Origin: Piromyces finnis finn
Taxonomy: Eukaryota > Fungi > Neocallimastigomycota
DNA length: 64,000 nucleotides
Assembly: GCA_002104945.1 (NCBI GenBank)
Contig: MCFH01000045.1
Location: forward strand, 390,261 to 454,260
Direction of reading: 5' to 3'
Under the pieces are notes generated by a model. That model was given only the letters and a program-made list of their open reading frames with translations. It did no database searches and was not told where the DNA came from. Numbering within the stretch: position 1 is the stretch's first letter; each line of letters begins with the position of its first letter. Of the stretch, positions 25,984 through 51,380 are shown piece by piece. The position numbers and the translations under genes were made by a program.

Positions 25984-28900
25984 GTTTTATATAAATTAAA
26001 TTAAAAATAGTTTTTATTTTAAATACACAATAATACAAAATCAAAAAAAAAAAAAAATAATGAAATTAAAATTATTTATTATTATACCTTTAAAAATGTT
26101 CTTGCTATAGCAATACGTTGTTTTTCACCACCACTAAGACGTAGACCACGTTCACCGACCTTTGTATCGTAACCTATATTAAAAATTAAAAAATTATAAT
26201 ATATAAATTTAACAATAATTAAACTTTACAAGCAAATTAATTTGTAAAAAATGATTACCATCAGGCATAGCCATGATTTTATCATGGACTTGGGCCAATT
26301 TTGCAGCTTCTTCTACTTCTTCATCTGTAGCATCACATCTACCATAACGAATATTATATCTAATTGTATCATTAAATAACATCGTATCCTAAATAATAAT
26401 AATATTAATATTTAATATTTATATAATATTTAATTTAATTTAATGGTATAGTTTTTTATATATTTATTAAGTATTCATAATAAATTATTAAATAAATTTA
26501 AAAACTTTATGCTTTACTTGAGAAACAACACCAATATTGCTTCTTAGTGATTTTTGAGTAACATTTCTGATATCTTGACCATTGATTAAAATGCTTCCAC
26601 CATCAACATCATAGAATCTAAATAATAATCTTAATATTGTTGATTTTCCAGATCCTGAAGGACCAACTAATGCAACTGTAGAACCTGGTTTGATAGTAAA
26701 TGTAATATCTTTTAACGCTGGTAATCTAGGATCGTATGAAAAGAATACATTTTCTATAAAAATATTTTTGTTATTAAAATAAATTATATTTTGTGCAAAA
26801 AGGTTACTATTCATTTTTTTAACTTACTAAATTCCACTTCAGCTTCCTTATTCTTTTCTAATACAATAGCATCAGGCTTATCTTGAACTTCAACTGGTTC
26901 TTGGAATAGATCGATCATTTTTTCCATATCAACAAAATTCTTTTGTATAGCTCTGTAATAATTACCAAACCAATTCAATGGACCATATAATTGAGTAATG
27001 TAACTTAAATATAATACAAAATCACCCACTGTCATTCCCTCTAATCTCATAATTCTAAGAGCACAAATAAAACATCCTACTAAAAGACCTGTTTGAATGA
27101 TTACATTTTGAATTAAGTTCAATAATGTTGAAGTTATATTACTTTTAAGGGCGGCTTTTTGGTATTCATCAATAGCATCGCAATATTGATCTGCTTCAAA
27201 GTCTTCAGCATTATAATACTTAACAGTTTCAAAATTAAGTAATGAATCAACTGCTTTAGCTTCCATAGCATTATCAAGTAAATTTGTCCATCTTCTATAT
27301 TTATTACGCCATTCAGTAATAATAATTGTTGTAATGATAAATAATGCCATAGTCATAAACACAATTATACCAAATGTAGCATCAAACATTAATGTAAAGT
27401 ATGCACAAGCAACAGTAATATCCACTAATGTTGGTAAAATATTAAATAAAATTGATGATAATAATGTAATAATACTGGAAACACCACGATCTTTTCATTA
27501 TTTATTGAATATTTATTTAAATAATTATTATATTATTTTTTTTTTTCAATTTTAATGTTAGTATATATTATAGGATATATTTATAATTTTGTAATATTAT
27601 TATTATTCAAAGAAATATTATTTTTATTTATTATTAATATTTTATACGTTAATATTAAAAAATAATAGTTTAAAGGATCAAATATAATAAAATCATTAAT
27701 ATAATATAAATAAAATATATACATGTATTTTTTTATACTGAAAGAATAAACATACCTTGAACTCTTAAAATTTCTCCAGTTTTTCTATGAAGATGGAAAC
27801 GTAACGATAAACTGTGTAAATGCTTAAACATACTAATTGAAATTTCTCTTGTAGTATATTGACCAACAGGTATCCACATAAAATTTTGAAGACTGTTTAA
27901 TAAACCAACACCACTTTGTAAAAATTTTAAGAATACAAACAAAAATATGTCCTTGTATGGAACAGAAGCCGGTGTGTCATCTCCAGCTTCTTTTCCGAAA
28001 TAAACCCCAAGACCTCCTTTTGATAGATTACCAAACGAATTAATAATACGTTTATATTGAATTGGAACGAATACATTAACAACACGACCAATAATTAGAA
28101 TAATAACACATAATATAATTAATATTTGTAAACTCAAATTTTCACGTCCACATGGCCAAATGAATGGAATTAATTTTTTAAATTTTTGATAGAATTCACC
28201 TACAGTATTTGGTAATTTATATTTTTCATTTGTAGTAACTGATATATCTGGAATTGGGGTATTGGACCAGAATTTTAAAGTTCTCCATGATGGACGATTA
28301 CGATCTCTATAATTTTCGTCACGATGTCCTGGTTTACGAGATTGATAATAATTTGTTGGATTAATAGGAATTTGAGTATACCAATAGTTCTTAGTTCTCC
28401 AAATATGGATAAAGAATCCAATGCATATTAATAAAACAATATGAAATATAAATCTTAAATAATAACTTGCTGAAAATCCAGGTGCATTCATGAATAATCT
28501 TGATTCATTACTTAACTCATCTTTGTGAGAATTATAAATCTTTCTTGTGTACCCTTCAAAAACCATTAAAATAAATGACCAAATCCAAAATCCATGGATT
28601 GTCATTTGAAATTTAAATTTCCAATCTTTAATGAAGTAGAATGGTATTGAAAGACACCATGCAATAATTGGAATTGTAAAAACAAAAATAAAGTTTAAAG
28701 GAAGTTTTATATCTATTCCAGAAGAAGACTCATTTTTAAGAAATATATTTGATAAAATTCCAAAAAGATCAAAAATATGTAATGAAATAATAAATGTTAC
28801 TGCTATTTTTGATATAGAAATTGTTCTATCAAAATTTTCATTAAGTGGACGATAGTAACTATGATTTTCTTCATCTTCGTCTTCATCTTCACTTTCACTT

Positions 28901-29361
28901 TGTTCTTCAACGTCATTTAAATCTAAGATAGTATACAAATAAATATAAATATATGAATATTATGTAATAATTAATTTATTTTTAATGAAGTACAATATTT
29001 TTATAATTTATATAGTTATTAGAAAAATAATATTTGACAAATTTTATTAGAAGCATAAAATATATTTTTTTTTTCTTTTTTTTTTATTTTTATGAATTAC
29101 ATATATATATATTATATATATTATAAAATATTGAAATAAAAATAAAATAATTAAATTATAATTACTTCTATATTGTCTTCGGATTTTCGTTTTTCTTATT
29201 TTATTGAACCACACAATTATTGCAAATATTAAAAGGTATGAATCAAGAGCTATTGGAAGAATGATATGTAAATAACAAGGTGATATGAAACCAAAACTTA
29301 AAAATTTCGGATCTCTACAGAACGGTAGTAGAGTATCTTTACCGTTTGTATCTGAATTCAT
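25379..29361 (-). CDS. HMT1: ABCB-type half transporter of the HMT1/ABCB6 group with N-terminal membrane extension (multi-exon)
   Basis: Motifs: [40 protein letters not shown], Walker [10 protein letters not shown], signature LSGGEKQR, Walker [18 protein letters not shown]. The long hydrophobic N-terminal extension fits HMT1/ABCB6 rather than ATM1. Confidence 0.85.
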
Positions 29362-31103
29362 TTTTTTATATTATTTTATTTTACTTGCTATTATATTTTA
29401 CTTTAAATTTGGAAAAAATTATTAGAGATATAATAAATTCTTTCTTATATATAAATCTCGAGAATTTTTGAAAATTTTATGTATTTCTTTTATTATTAAC
29501 GACAAGCTTATAATATATAAATAGGTATTATAATTAAATATTAAATATAAATAAATAATACTGTACTACTTCTTTCTTTTGAATTATTGATTAGTAATTC
29601 AATTTCATTAAAGTATAATTCTAAATTTCAAAATTTTCACTATTCCAATTTTATTAAAAGTATCATTAAAAATACTGTAATTCTAATATTAGTGTTTCTT
29701 AAGAAAGTACGAGCTGATAAAACTACTTTACAATTTAAATTTAAATTATACTGAAAATAATTTAAACTTTTTATTTCTTTAAAATGTTTTGCTTCTTAAT
29801 TATTAATTATTAAAAAGCATGACAATAGAAAATATAATATTGAATTTAATTATATGCTTATTGATAGTTGACAATAAATTTTACATTAAAAAAGGGTTCA
29901 TATTGAATTATGAAAGTTGTTCATTCTTACATATTTAATAAAATAATTAAAGTTAATAATAAGTGAGAAATAAAAAAATATTTATTTAATAAACTTCATT
30001 ATATGCTAGATGTTAGACTTACTTTTCTTTTCTTCTTTATAATATATAAAAATATATTAATTTTATTTTCTCTATTTTATTATTATATATTAATAATAAT
30101 AAGAAGAAAAAAAACTTATAAAACAGTTTCTATATAATAGTTTTTTTTTAAGTATTACTAAAATTATCTGTTAATGATAATTGTTTTTTCTTTCTTTTTT
30201 ATTTATTTAAATATATTCTATACACATATATAATTTTATATTAATATAATATATTTTTCATTACAAAAATTTAATTCAATTATCAATTATGACTTAATTA
30301 TATTAGTTTAAGTTGTATAAGTTATCATATTGCTGTAAGCAACTTTTTAAGTCAATATTCAAACCATACTTTTCTTTATTCTATAAATTAAAAAACTTTA
30401 AATTGAATTCATATTGAAAAATTACTAAAAATAATTTGGAAAATTTAATAAATTATGAATTTATTATAATATTTATTAATTTAAATTGTATCATCGCATA
30501 TTATTTAATTTCAATATATATGAGACTACATTAATTCTATTAAAGTTTAAAAAAATTTTAATTTTATACCATAAAAGGTAATTGTAACTATTAATATTTT
30601 TTTAAAAAAAAATAGCTACAAATATAAAAATATAAAACTAAAACTTGCTTTTTTATACAATTGATATAAAATATTTGATTAATATTCTTCTTGTTATTTG
30701 ATATCATTGGAATTATCTATAAAATAATATAAATGTAAATGAATATTAATTATATGGTTATTATTAGAATAGTAAATTTATTTTAATGTTTTAAATAAAT
30801 ACATTTTATAATTAATTCCTTGTAATTTTTAAATTTAAAGAATTATAATTGCCTTTTAACTTAAAGGAAAAATATTCTTTATGTTTTATTTTAAACAAGT
30901 TTTATAATATACTATAATTTTACCTAAATTCCTTACATTATTAAAAATGTGAATTAAAACAAATAAAATAAAAAATTTTATTAATATATTCCCATATATT
31001 TCAATTTTTATGATTTTTATATGATTTTTATATTATTATAAATTTTTAAATTTAACAATTTATATCACATTTTACTACTATTATTTTATATTACATATCA
31101 TTT

Positions 31104-31105
<2 letters not shown>

Positions 31106-31163
<58 letters not shown>

Positions 31164-31694
31164 TTCCGAGTGCATTTCTCCCATCGATCAGAATTAGCTC
31201 CAATGGTGGTTCTTAGAGAAACGTTGGCTCATTCCTATTGCTAGGTGGTTGTGACCCTCCTGGTCTGTCATACTGTTTCTTCAGCTTCGACGCTCACTTA
31301 ATCCATGTACATTAGATGCATGTCGTTGTACGATATTTCACAACTACAATGCTAAGCCTCTTATAGTCAATTTGATCACGTGTCAACCGCCCCCTAATGT
31401 TTACACTTAAATTGATTAAGGAATATTATGTGTTTTTGGCATAGCCTAAGTCACCACTTATTAAGTTCTAATTTGGAATGTACCATGTACACTAGACCCT
31501 CTCAGGCCGGCTAGACGAGTGTTATTATCATAGTAGTAAATTAGAAAGTTCATTTATACTTACCTGAATATCATAACCCAACCCATGGCAAACCCAGTGG
31601 GAAAATCCACAGGCACTGACATCTGCGGGGTCGAACCAGAAGCCTTATGTATGCTAAGGAAACGCCTTAACAACCAGGATAAAAACTGGAACGA
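31106..31694 (-). mobile_element. tRNA-Ala(AGC)-derived SINE with LINE-derived 3' end, ~55-nt poly(A) and 13-bp target-site duplication
   Basis: TSD ACATATCATTTTA lies at 31093-31105 and 31695-31707, and poly(T) on + at 31106-31160. The minus-strand head has tRNA spacing: TATCCTGGTTGTTAAGGCG (A-box/D-arm), loop TTAGCAT, B-box GGTTCGACCCC (31637-31627). The 3' part matches LINE remnants at 51419-51449 and 52367-52420. Confidence 0.88.
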
Positions 31695-32107
31695 ACATAT
31701 CATTTTAAATATTTTTATTAAATAATGTAGAATGCTTTAATAAAAAATAAAAAAGTATATTTAATAGTATTTTTTAAATAATTATTTTATAATAAAGTGA
31801 TAATTGGTTATTTTCTTTATTGATAAAAGTATAAACCACATATTTCAAATAACCAATGAATTATCTTTAAAATTTCAAAAAAGAAAATATTTATTAAATG
31901 CCCAGAAATTATTTTTCTGGTTAAAAATTAAAATTTAATATATGAGGAAAAATAACTTTTATAATAATTAAAAAAATAATAAATTAATTAGTATTTTTTT
32001 TCTTTATATAATAGGTTGATAATTTATTATTAATTAAAATTTATATATAAAAAACAGTTTTAAAAATAATATATTTATATTTACTATTATTTATTATTAT
32101 TACTTAC

Positions 32108-38317
<6,210 letters not shown>

Positions 38318-39281
38318 TTTATATATATAAATTGTCAGAAATTATTATTATCTAGAATTGTATCAATTAATGAATTTTTTTTTTTTTTTTTTATGTATTA
38401 TACATTATATAATATATAAAAAATATCTTCTTTTATATTTTTTTTCTATTTTTTATATCTATTAAAAAAATAAAAAAGAATAATAATATATATTATATTA
38501 AATAAATAAAAACACAAATACAATATAATATATTTATTTTAATTATTTTACTATTTATTTTACTATTTATAACAAATATAATAGATTTTACATAAAAAAT
38601 ACTCCAAAAAAAATTTTTTTAAAAAAATAAATTTAATTATATTATATAATAAATTTAAATTATAAAGAAAAGATCATTATTAAAATAATTAAATATTATA
38701 TATATTTTTAAATAAATCCTCATTATATATTTATTATATATATATACTTTTTTTAAATAATTTTTTTATTATGTTTTCAATAAATATATATATCATTGTA
38801 TTATTGTATATATTTATTTAAGCATTAATGTTAATATTATAATAATTTTTTTTTATCAATTATTGGCATTGGTTTACTATATAAAAAATTAATAATACTG
38901 TTTAAAAAAAAAATAAAAAAAAAAACATAGTAAATTGCTATTATTAATATTATTACTGTATTGTTATTGTAATGTTATTATTACTATATGATTTATAATA
39001 TACTTTTTATTATTGTTATTATTATTATTACTATTATTATTTAATTTTATTTTCTTTGTTATATTCGTATTAATTCATTTAATTGTAATTACTATAATCT
39101 ATATATTATTTTATTTCTTATATATATATATATAACAATATAATTATTTAACAAAAAAAACTAAAAATTAAATAATATTTATATTAATATTTTTAAAAAA
39201 TATGTTTTTAATAAGAATGAAATATCATCAAATGGTATAGAAAAAAGTATAATATTTAAATCAATTAATTTATTCTTATGT

Positions 39282-44655
<5,374 letters not shown>

Positions 44656-44861
44656 ATTATTTACAAAACTTTTTTATATATAATTATATTTATTCTTTTT
44701 TTAATTAAATATAATATAAGAAATCATAAAAATATTTAATAATGTATCTATTTTTTTTAAAATAATAATAATAATAATAAATAAATAAATAAATTATAAA
44801 TTATAATTATTTATAATTAATTTGATATAACTTACATTTTACAACTTTCTAATGTTTATTG

Positions 44862-44895
<34 letters not shown>

Positions 44896-45544
44896 TCTTT
44901 TCTTCTTACTCTTCTTCTATTACTCAATAGATACTGTATGAATATATTTATATTAATGTTAATAACTTCAAAAAATTGTATGCTATATAAATTGATGTAA
45001 TAATGTTTTATGATTTTAAAAAAATATTAAATGCTATATTTGTAATAATTATAAAAATAAATAAGTTTTCTTTTCTAAATTTTAATTTATTATTACTATT
45101 ATTACTATTTAAAAAATATATATTAATATACATTTTTATTGTTATTATTTATTATTTATTATTATCATTATTATTATTATTATTATTATCCATTGGGATA
45201 TAATATATTTGTTTTAAAATTATTTTACCTTTTAATCACTCTTATTTTAAATTTATTTCTTAATAAATAAATAATACCATTTTTATATATATATATATAT
45301 ATAAAGAAAAGAAAAAAAAGTTTTATATTTTTATTTTTATTATTGATATATCTAAATTATTTTTATGACCAGAATTCTTCTGTTCTTTTGTCTTTATTCT
45401 ATATATATATATTATTTTTTTTTTCTTTTCTAAATGAAATAAAAGGTTATATTTATTTATTTATTTATTTATTTTATTGAATGAATTTCTGGTACTTTCT
45501 TTTATTTTTATTAATACTTTAGTAGTGTTTTTTTTGTTTTTTCT

Positions 45545-45580
<36 letters not shown>

Positions 45581-45638
45581 ATTGTTGTTGTTGTTGTTGT
45601 TGTTTTGTTTGTTTATTTTACTTTGTTTTCTGTTTTAT

Positions 45639-45699
<61 letters not shown>

Positions 45700-47440
45700 T
45701 GTTTTTCTCTTTTGTTTTTTATTTTTTGTTTTTGTTTTTGTATTATTCTCTATGGTAATTTATAATGTTTGTTTATTTGTTTATTTGGTCTATATATAAT
45801 ATTGTTTTATTTTCGTTATTTAATTATCTTAATAATTTACTTGTTATTTAATGTTATGAAATATCTATTTCCGAATTTTAACTTTACTTATTTTTATTAT
45901 TTTATCTTTTAAATTTATATAACTTATGTTCTAAATAATATTATTCCTGTTTATTTACTGTTGAATTTTTTTATTTTCCTAAAATAAAATGTACATTAAT
46001 AAAGTTATTCTTTATTCTTTTACAATTTTATCTTATCTCTCAATATCTTGAATATTAGAATATTAAATATTGCATTATTTCTTATATTTCATATATTTAA
46101 TATTTTATTATTAATTTATTTGGAATGTGGTTATCGACTTTATTAAAATATTAAATAATTAAACTTCATATCAAAATAAATAAAAATAAATGAGTAATAT
46201 TAAATCCTTTCTTTTTTTTATTATTTGCTGTGATATGTTTAATTAGTATATCAATTTTTTAAGAATATATATATTAATAATAATCTTTACACTGCTTAAT
46301 GTTCTAATAAATTCTTTATATTAATATAATCTAATAATAAAATTAAATTATGATTTATAATATAACTATTAGTTTATTAAGGAGCATCCAAATAAAATAA
46401 AGCATTAATATATGAAGTAAATAAATATTAAAAATAATATTAAATGGAAAATTTAATAATTAATTATTCTTATGATTAGGATAAATTAATTATAATAAAT
46501 AACTAATAATAATTTAATTTCTCAATAATTGTTAATTAATGTTAATTTTATGTATTGTATTTATATATTAATACATAAAAATGAAAAATAATAAAAGATA
46601 ATATTTTATTTTAATTACAAATAATCGATTTTCTTGTTTATGTCAAATTATAAAGCTAAAAAGAAATAAAAATACTATTGATAATATGTAATATTAATCA
46701 TTTTTATCATCTACTTTTTTTTGCATTATTAATTCATAAATTCATAATGAAGTTGTATTAATTTTTTAATATAAATAATAAATTTTAGGGTTAGATTAAA
46801 AAATTATAAATAATTGAAAATATAAAACTTTAATATTTACGTATATAAGATTCATTAATAATATAAATAATCATATAATCATATTTAAAAAAAAAAATAA
46901 GATATAAAATCACAATAAACAGTATACCTTTAATTTTTTTTTTCTGTATTAATTCAAATTCTTTAAAATTGAATATTGAATTTTTATTGCATAAAATAGA
47001 AATAGGTATTCTAATTTTAGTATCAAAATTTTATTTTTTATATTACCAAATAATAAGCATTATATAATATGCATTAAACAATTTTCCCATATTTAATATT
47101 TCTTCATTCAATAGTATTAAATAAATACAATAAACACATCTTTAAATACCAAAAAAAATAGATATAATTGTAGTATAAAAATTATAAGCTTATTCATTAT
47201 ACCACCATTATTGTTGTTAGCTTTTATTTTTTATTTTTTTAAATATATTTTGAAAATTTCTATATTAGGTATAATTCTTTAATACTTTTATTAACTTTAA
47301 TAATTAATAAAAGTATTAAAATATATTTTAAATTTTAAATATTTTTTTTTACTTTTATGACAATAAATTAATAGTTTATGTATAAAATATTGTAGATAAC
47401 TAAGAATTTTAATTTTAATTTATATTAATAAGCTGAACTA

Positions 47441-47586
<146 letters not shown>

Positions 47587-48945
47587 AAGATTATGCGCCT
47601 CAATTAAGAATATAAGCTTTAAACATTTTGGCGTTAGTATAAAGTCACACAAAATTTATTTTAAAATATTTTAAATAAAAATATTTTTATAAATGGAAAC
47701 TTTAAAAGATAAAAAATATATTATAATTAAATATGAAATTCTTAATTAATTGATACAACTCAGTTCAATACACTCAGGTTTTGTGGAATGACTTATATAC
47801 TTTATTTATAAAATATACATACTCAATATTTATATGATCGTAAGAATATCTACTCCTAACTATTATATTCTTAGATAGAGACTAATTTACTATATTTTCT
47901 ACTAATTTACACTAAAATCTAACTATAAAGCTTGTTTGTTTATATTAAATACTATATATACTTTAATTTATCACATGATTATAAAAATATGATAAATACA
48001 TTAATGTACTAAATAAAATGAACTAAAAACTATGTTATAATCTATTTCAGTATTACATTAATTTATATTTATATAACATTTATAATAAAATTCAATTATA
48101 TTATTAAGGTTTTTATGTTCATTTTATATCATAATATTATGATGTATATAATTATTCATACATTTTTATTTAAAATATTTATCCTTAATGAAATTTATAT
48201 GTAATATTTTTTAAGTTTTTTTTATTTAAATGATATTTAATTTTATAAATTAAAATCAATATAAAATAATTTTTATTTCTTTATATTACAACTTTGATAA
48301 TTATTTGTTTTGTGTAGAATAAAATTAAATCAGCTTCAGACAGTGATGAAAGACGAAAAATTACTTCTAGACTACGTAGTAGTCTATTATATATTATATT
48401 AAAAAAACTTTATTCTTTATTTGTATTATAAAAATATAATGTTAATATTTCAATATTTTAAATAGAGTAAAAATATTAAATTATCTTTTTTTTTTGCAAG
48501 CAAGATGATTTATAAAAAGTTTAAATATTTATAGTTTTTACATAAATTATTCAATGCAACTAAGATAAATTATATAATATAAAAATTTAATAAATATTAT
48601 TAAACACTTAAAGAGTTTATAATATTTTTTTGAATAAATAAGAAAAATATTAAAAAAAAAAAGGTCAAACTTTTAACATTTAGTAGTAATTTTATTCACA
48701 TTTATATCTAATTAATATTTTCAAATTATTCTAACCTTTAATAAATTTAAAGGTTAGGTCATATAAATTATCATTTCTGTACAATAAAAAAATAATATAT
48801 AAAGTAATTAAAAAAATAATTAAAAAAATAGGTTTTAAAATTATTAATTCATATAAATTATCAAATTATCATTATATTTAATAAAAAAGAATATATATAT
48901 ATATAGCAATAACAATATATATATAGCAGGAGCATTATATCAAAC

Positions 48946-50799
48946 ATGAGAAAGAGTAATGAATTATTTATTTATAGTATTAATATATTTATTATAATTA
49001 TTAATTCTTTTATCGTTAAATGTCAATATTTTTTAATATTTATAAAAAAAAGAATACATTGATGAAAATGGAAAATTACATAGAAGGTATAATATATACA
49101 TATATACATATATTATATATTTATTTAGAAATGAATTTGGAATTAATATTTAAATTTAATTTTCATTTATTATTATTATTATTATTATTTTTTAATTATT
49201 TAATATTTTAATTAAAAGAAAACCTAAGACTGGTATTCTTTTATTGAATATTGGCTCTTCTAAATCGGAATTTCATACTCGCAATTATTTAACAAAGATG
49301 TTTACTGATAAAGATATTATACAACTTCCTTGTCAGAGTATATTAGGAAGATTTATTGCTTTTATGATTACAAAAAGAAGTATAAGAAAACATCAATTAA
49401 TTGGAGGTTTTGATTATGTTAATTATTGGACAAATATTCAAGCTGAAATGCTAGGAGAATATTTAGATTACCATTCACCTGATACAGGCATTGTATATTA
49501 AAATTTATTTATTTTTTTTTTTAAAAGATATTATACTATATAATATTTAAAAAATTTATTTTCTGTACTTATCTTTTATTTTGAAAATTAATTTTATTTA
49601 AAAATTAATAAATATTTTTATAAATAAAAAATAGCACCTCATATAGTTCTTCATTGCCAAAGATATAGTGAACCAACAGCCGATGAGGCTATTCAAAGAT
49701 TACTAAAATCCGGTGTAAAATTCTGTGTTGCTTTTCCATTATATCCACAGTATTCAATGACAACTACTTTAAGTAGCTTAAAAAATTTAGATAAAGCAAT
49801 AGATTTGTATGATTCTCAAGGAAAAATAAAATGGAGTGTTATTCAAAGTTTTAATAGTCATTCGGCATATTTAAAGGTAAATATAAATAAATAAGAGTAA
49901 ATATTATGTAAATACTTAGAATTTAACTTAAATATATATATATAATAATAAATTTATTTAATATTTTTATATAAGTATTCTGTTAATACTTATTTACTAA
50001 AATAATTATATTGCATTATTAAATTTTATTTACTTATTTATTTTTTAATAATTATTAGTTAATTGCTGATTGTATATTATCAACATTAAATGAATTTCCA
50101 AAAGAAGAAAGAGATAAAGTTAATGTTATATTTTCTGCTCATTCTTTACCATTAAAAGTTATAGAAAAGGGTGATCTGTATAAATCTGAAATTAAAAAAA
50201 ATTTAAGAAAAGTTAAAGAAATTTTAAATATACCAAATCCTATTTATCTTAGTTGGCAAAGCCAAGAAGGTAAAAATTGGCTAGAACCAAAGACTATTGA
50301 TGTTATTAAGTCAATTTCCTATATAGAAGGTTATGGGAATGCAAATATAATTGTTTTTCCTTTATCTTTCGTTTCTGATAATGTCGAAATTTTATATGAT
50401 ATTGATGTTCTTCAAGCAGATATTGCAAAAAAGAGTGGTATTAAATGTTTCAAACGTTGTGAATCATTTAATGATAATCCACAATTTATTGAAGCTTTAG
50501 GTAGTATTTTTCTTGATCACCTAAAACTTTTACATTCTGATACTAATATTGAGAATGAAGATGATCTAGATGATCTTGATAAATATTTAAATTTTGCTTT
50601 AATTGATAATAATATTAAGAGATATATTGACAGTTCAACTGACTTGAAGCATCGTCACTTCCAGAATTACGATGAAAGAAGAAAAAAAAACTTATCGTTT
50701 AACAACGGAAATATTATATTTTTTATTGTAATAATATCTTTATTTTCAATTATCTGTTTATTAAGATATTTCAAAAATTATGATAGCTTTTTTATGTAA
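48946..50799 (+). CDS. HEM15: Divergent ferrochelatase (HemH/Hem15 family), ~431 aa, with C-terminal transmembrane segment; 5 exons
   Basis: Exons 48946-48955, 49053-49086, 49219-49487, 49635-49876 and 50059-50799 sum to 1296 nt and stay open. Motifs: KPKTGILLLNIG, SPDTAPH..RYSEP, FPLYPQYSMTTT, FSAHSLP, GDLY, WQS..WLEP, SFVSDNVEILYDID, ESFNDNPQFI. Confidence 0.88.
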
Positions 50800-51380
50800 A
50801 CCAAAATATATATTTTTAAACTATCTATCCTTAAAATCAATATTAATTCAATGAAATTATTTTATTCATATATATGCTGATAAATTTTAATTAAATAATA
50901 TTTTAAAAATATAATAAAAAGTAATAGCAACTAAATAAGCTATTGTAATACACTAATAGCTTTTAAAAAATCGTTATAATCATTATTAATTATTATCTTA
51001 GGAATGTAATTTGCAATTATTGAAAAAAAAAAAAAAAAAAAAGAGTATAATGTATTCTATTAATTTTAATTAAAAAAAAGAAGACTTCAGCCTCAGAGTC
51101 AAAGAGAGGAATTAGTTGAGTTTGGCCTGTATTATATTATTGGCTATTTTTTTTTTTTTTTTTTTTTTAACAACGGGAAATAAATAAATAAAATTTTATT
51201 ATTAATTTAATTAAAATTATAATACATCTTATAAAAAATAAAAGTAAAAATTAAAATAATATGTTTAAATAAACACAAATGAATAAAAATTGGGTATAAT
51301 GTATTTTAGTAATTTTAATTAAAATAAGAAAGCTACTGCTAGACTAAAGTATAATAATTGTAGTTAAGATCAAAATTTTG

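Noticed and set aside
31483-31506. Similarity of the SINE body (GTACCATG..TAGACCC) to array module C
   Set aside because: The match is short and gapped, and it is not collinear with the other shared motif. It is plausibly chance.
31617-31688. Functional tRNA-Ala gene
   Set aside because: The anticodon and acceptor stems do not pair, and the sequence lies inside a TSD-flanked, polyadenylated insert, so it is a SINE head.
48343-48386. Box C-like GTGATGA followed by an 8-bp hairpin (TAGACTAC-GTA-GTAGTCTA), a possible snoRNA or hammerhead
   Set aside because: There is no downstream box D (CTGA) or terminal stem, and the hammerhead core lacks C3 and its stems.
51075-51180. Small GC island with poly(T)-AAC junction, a possible further retroposon end
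   Set aside because: It has no TSD and no homology to the SINE/LINE tail beyond 3 nt.
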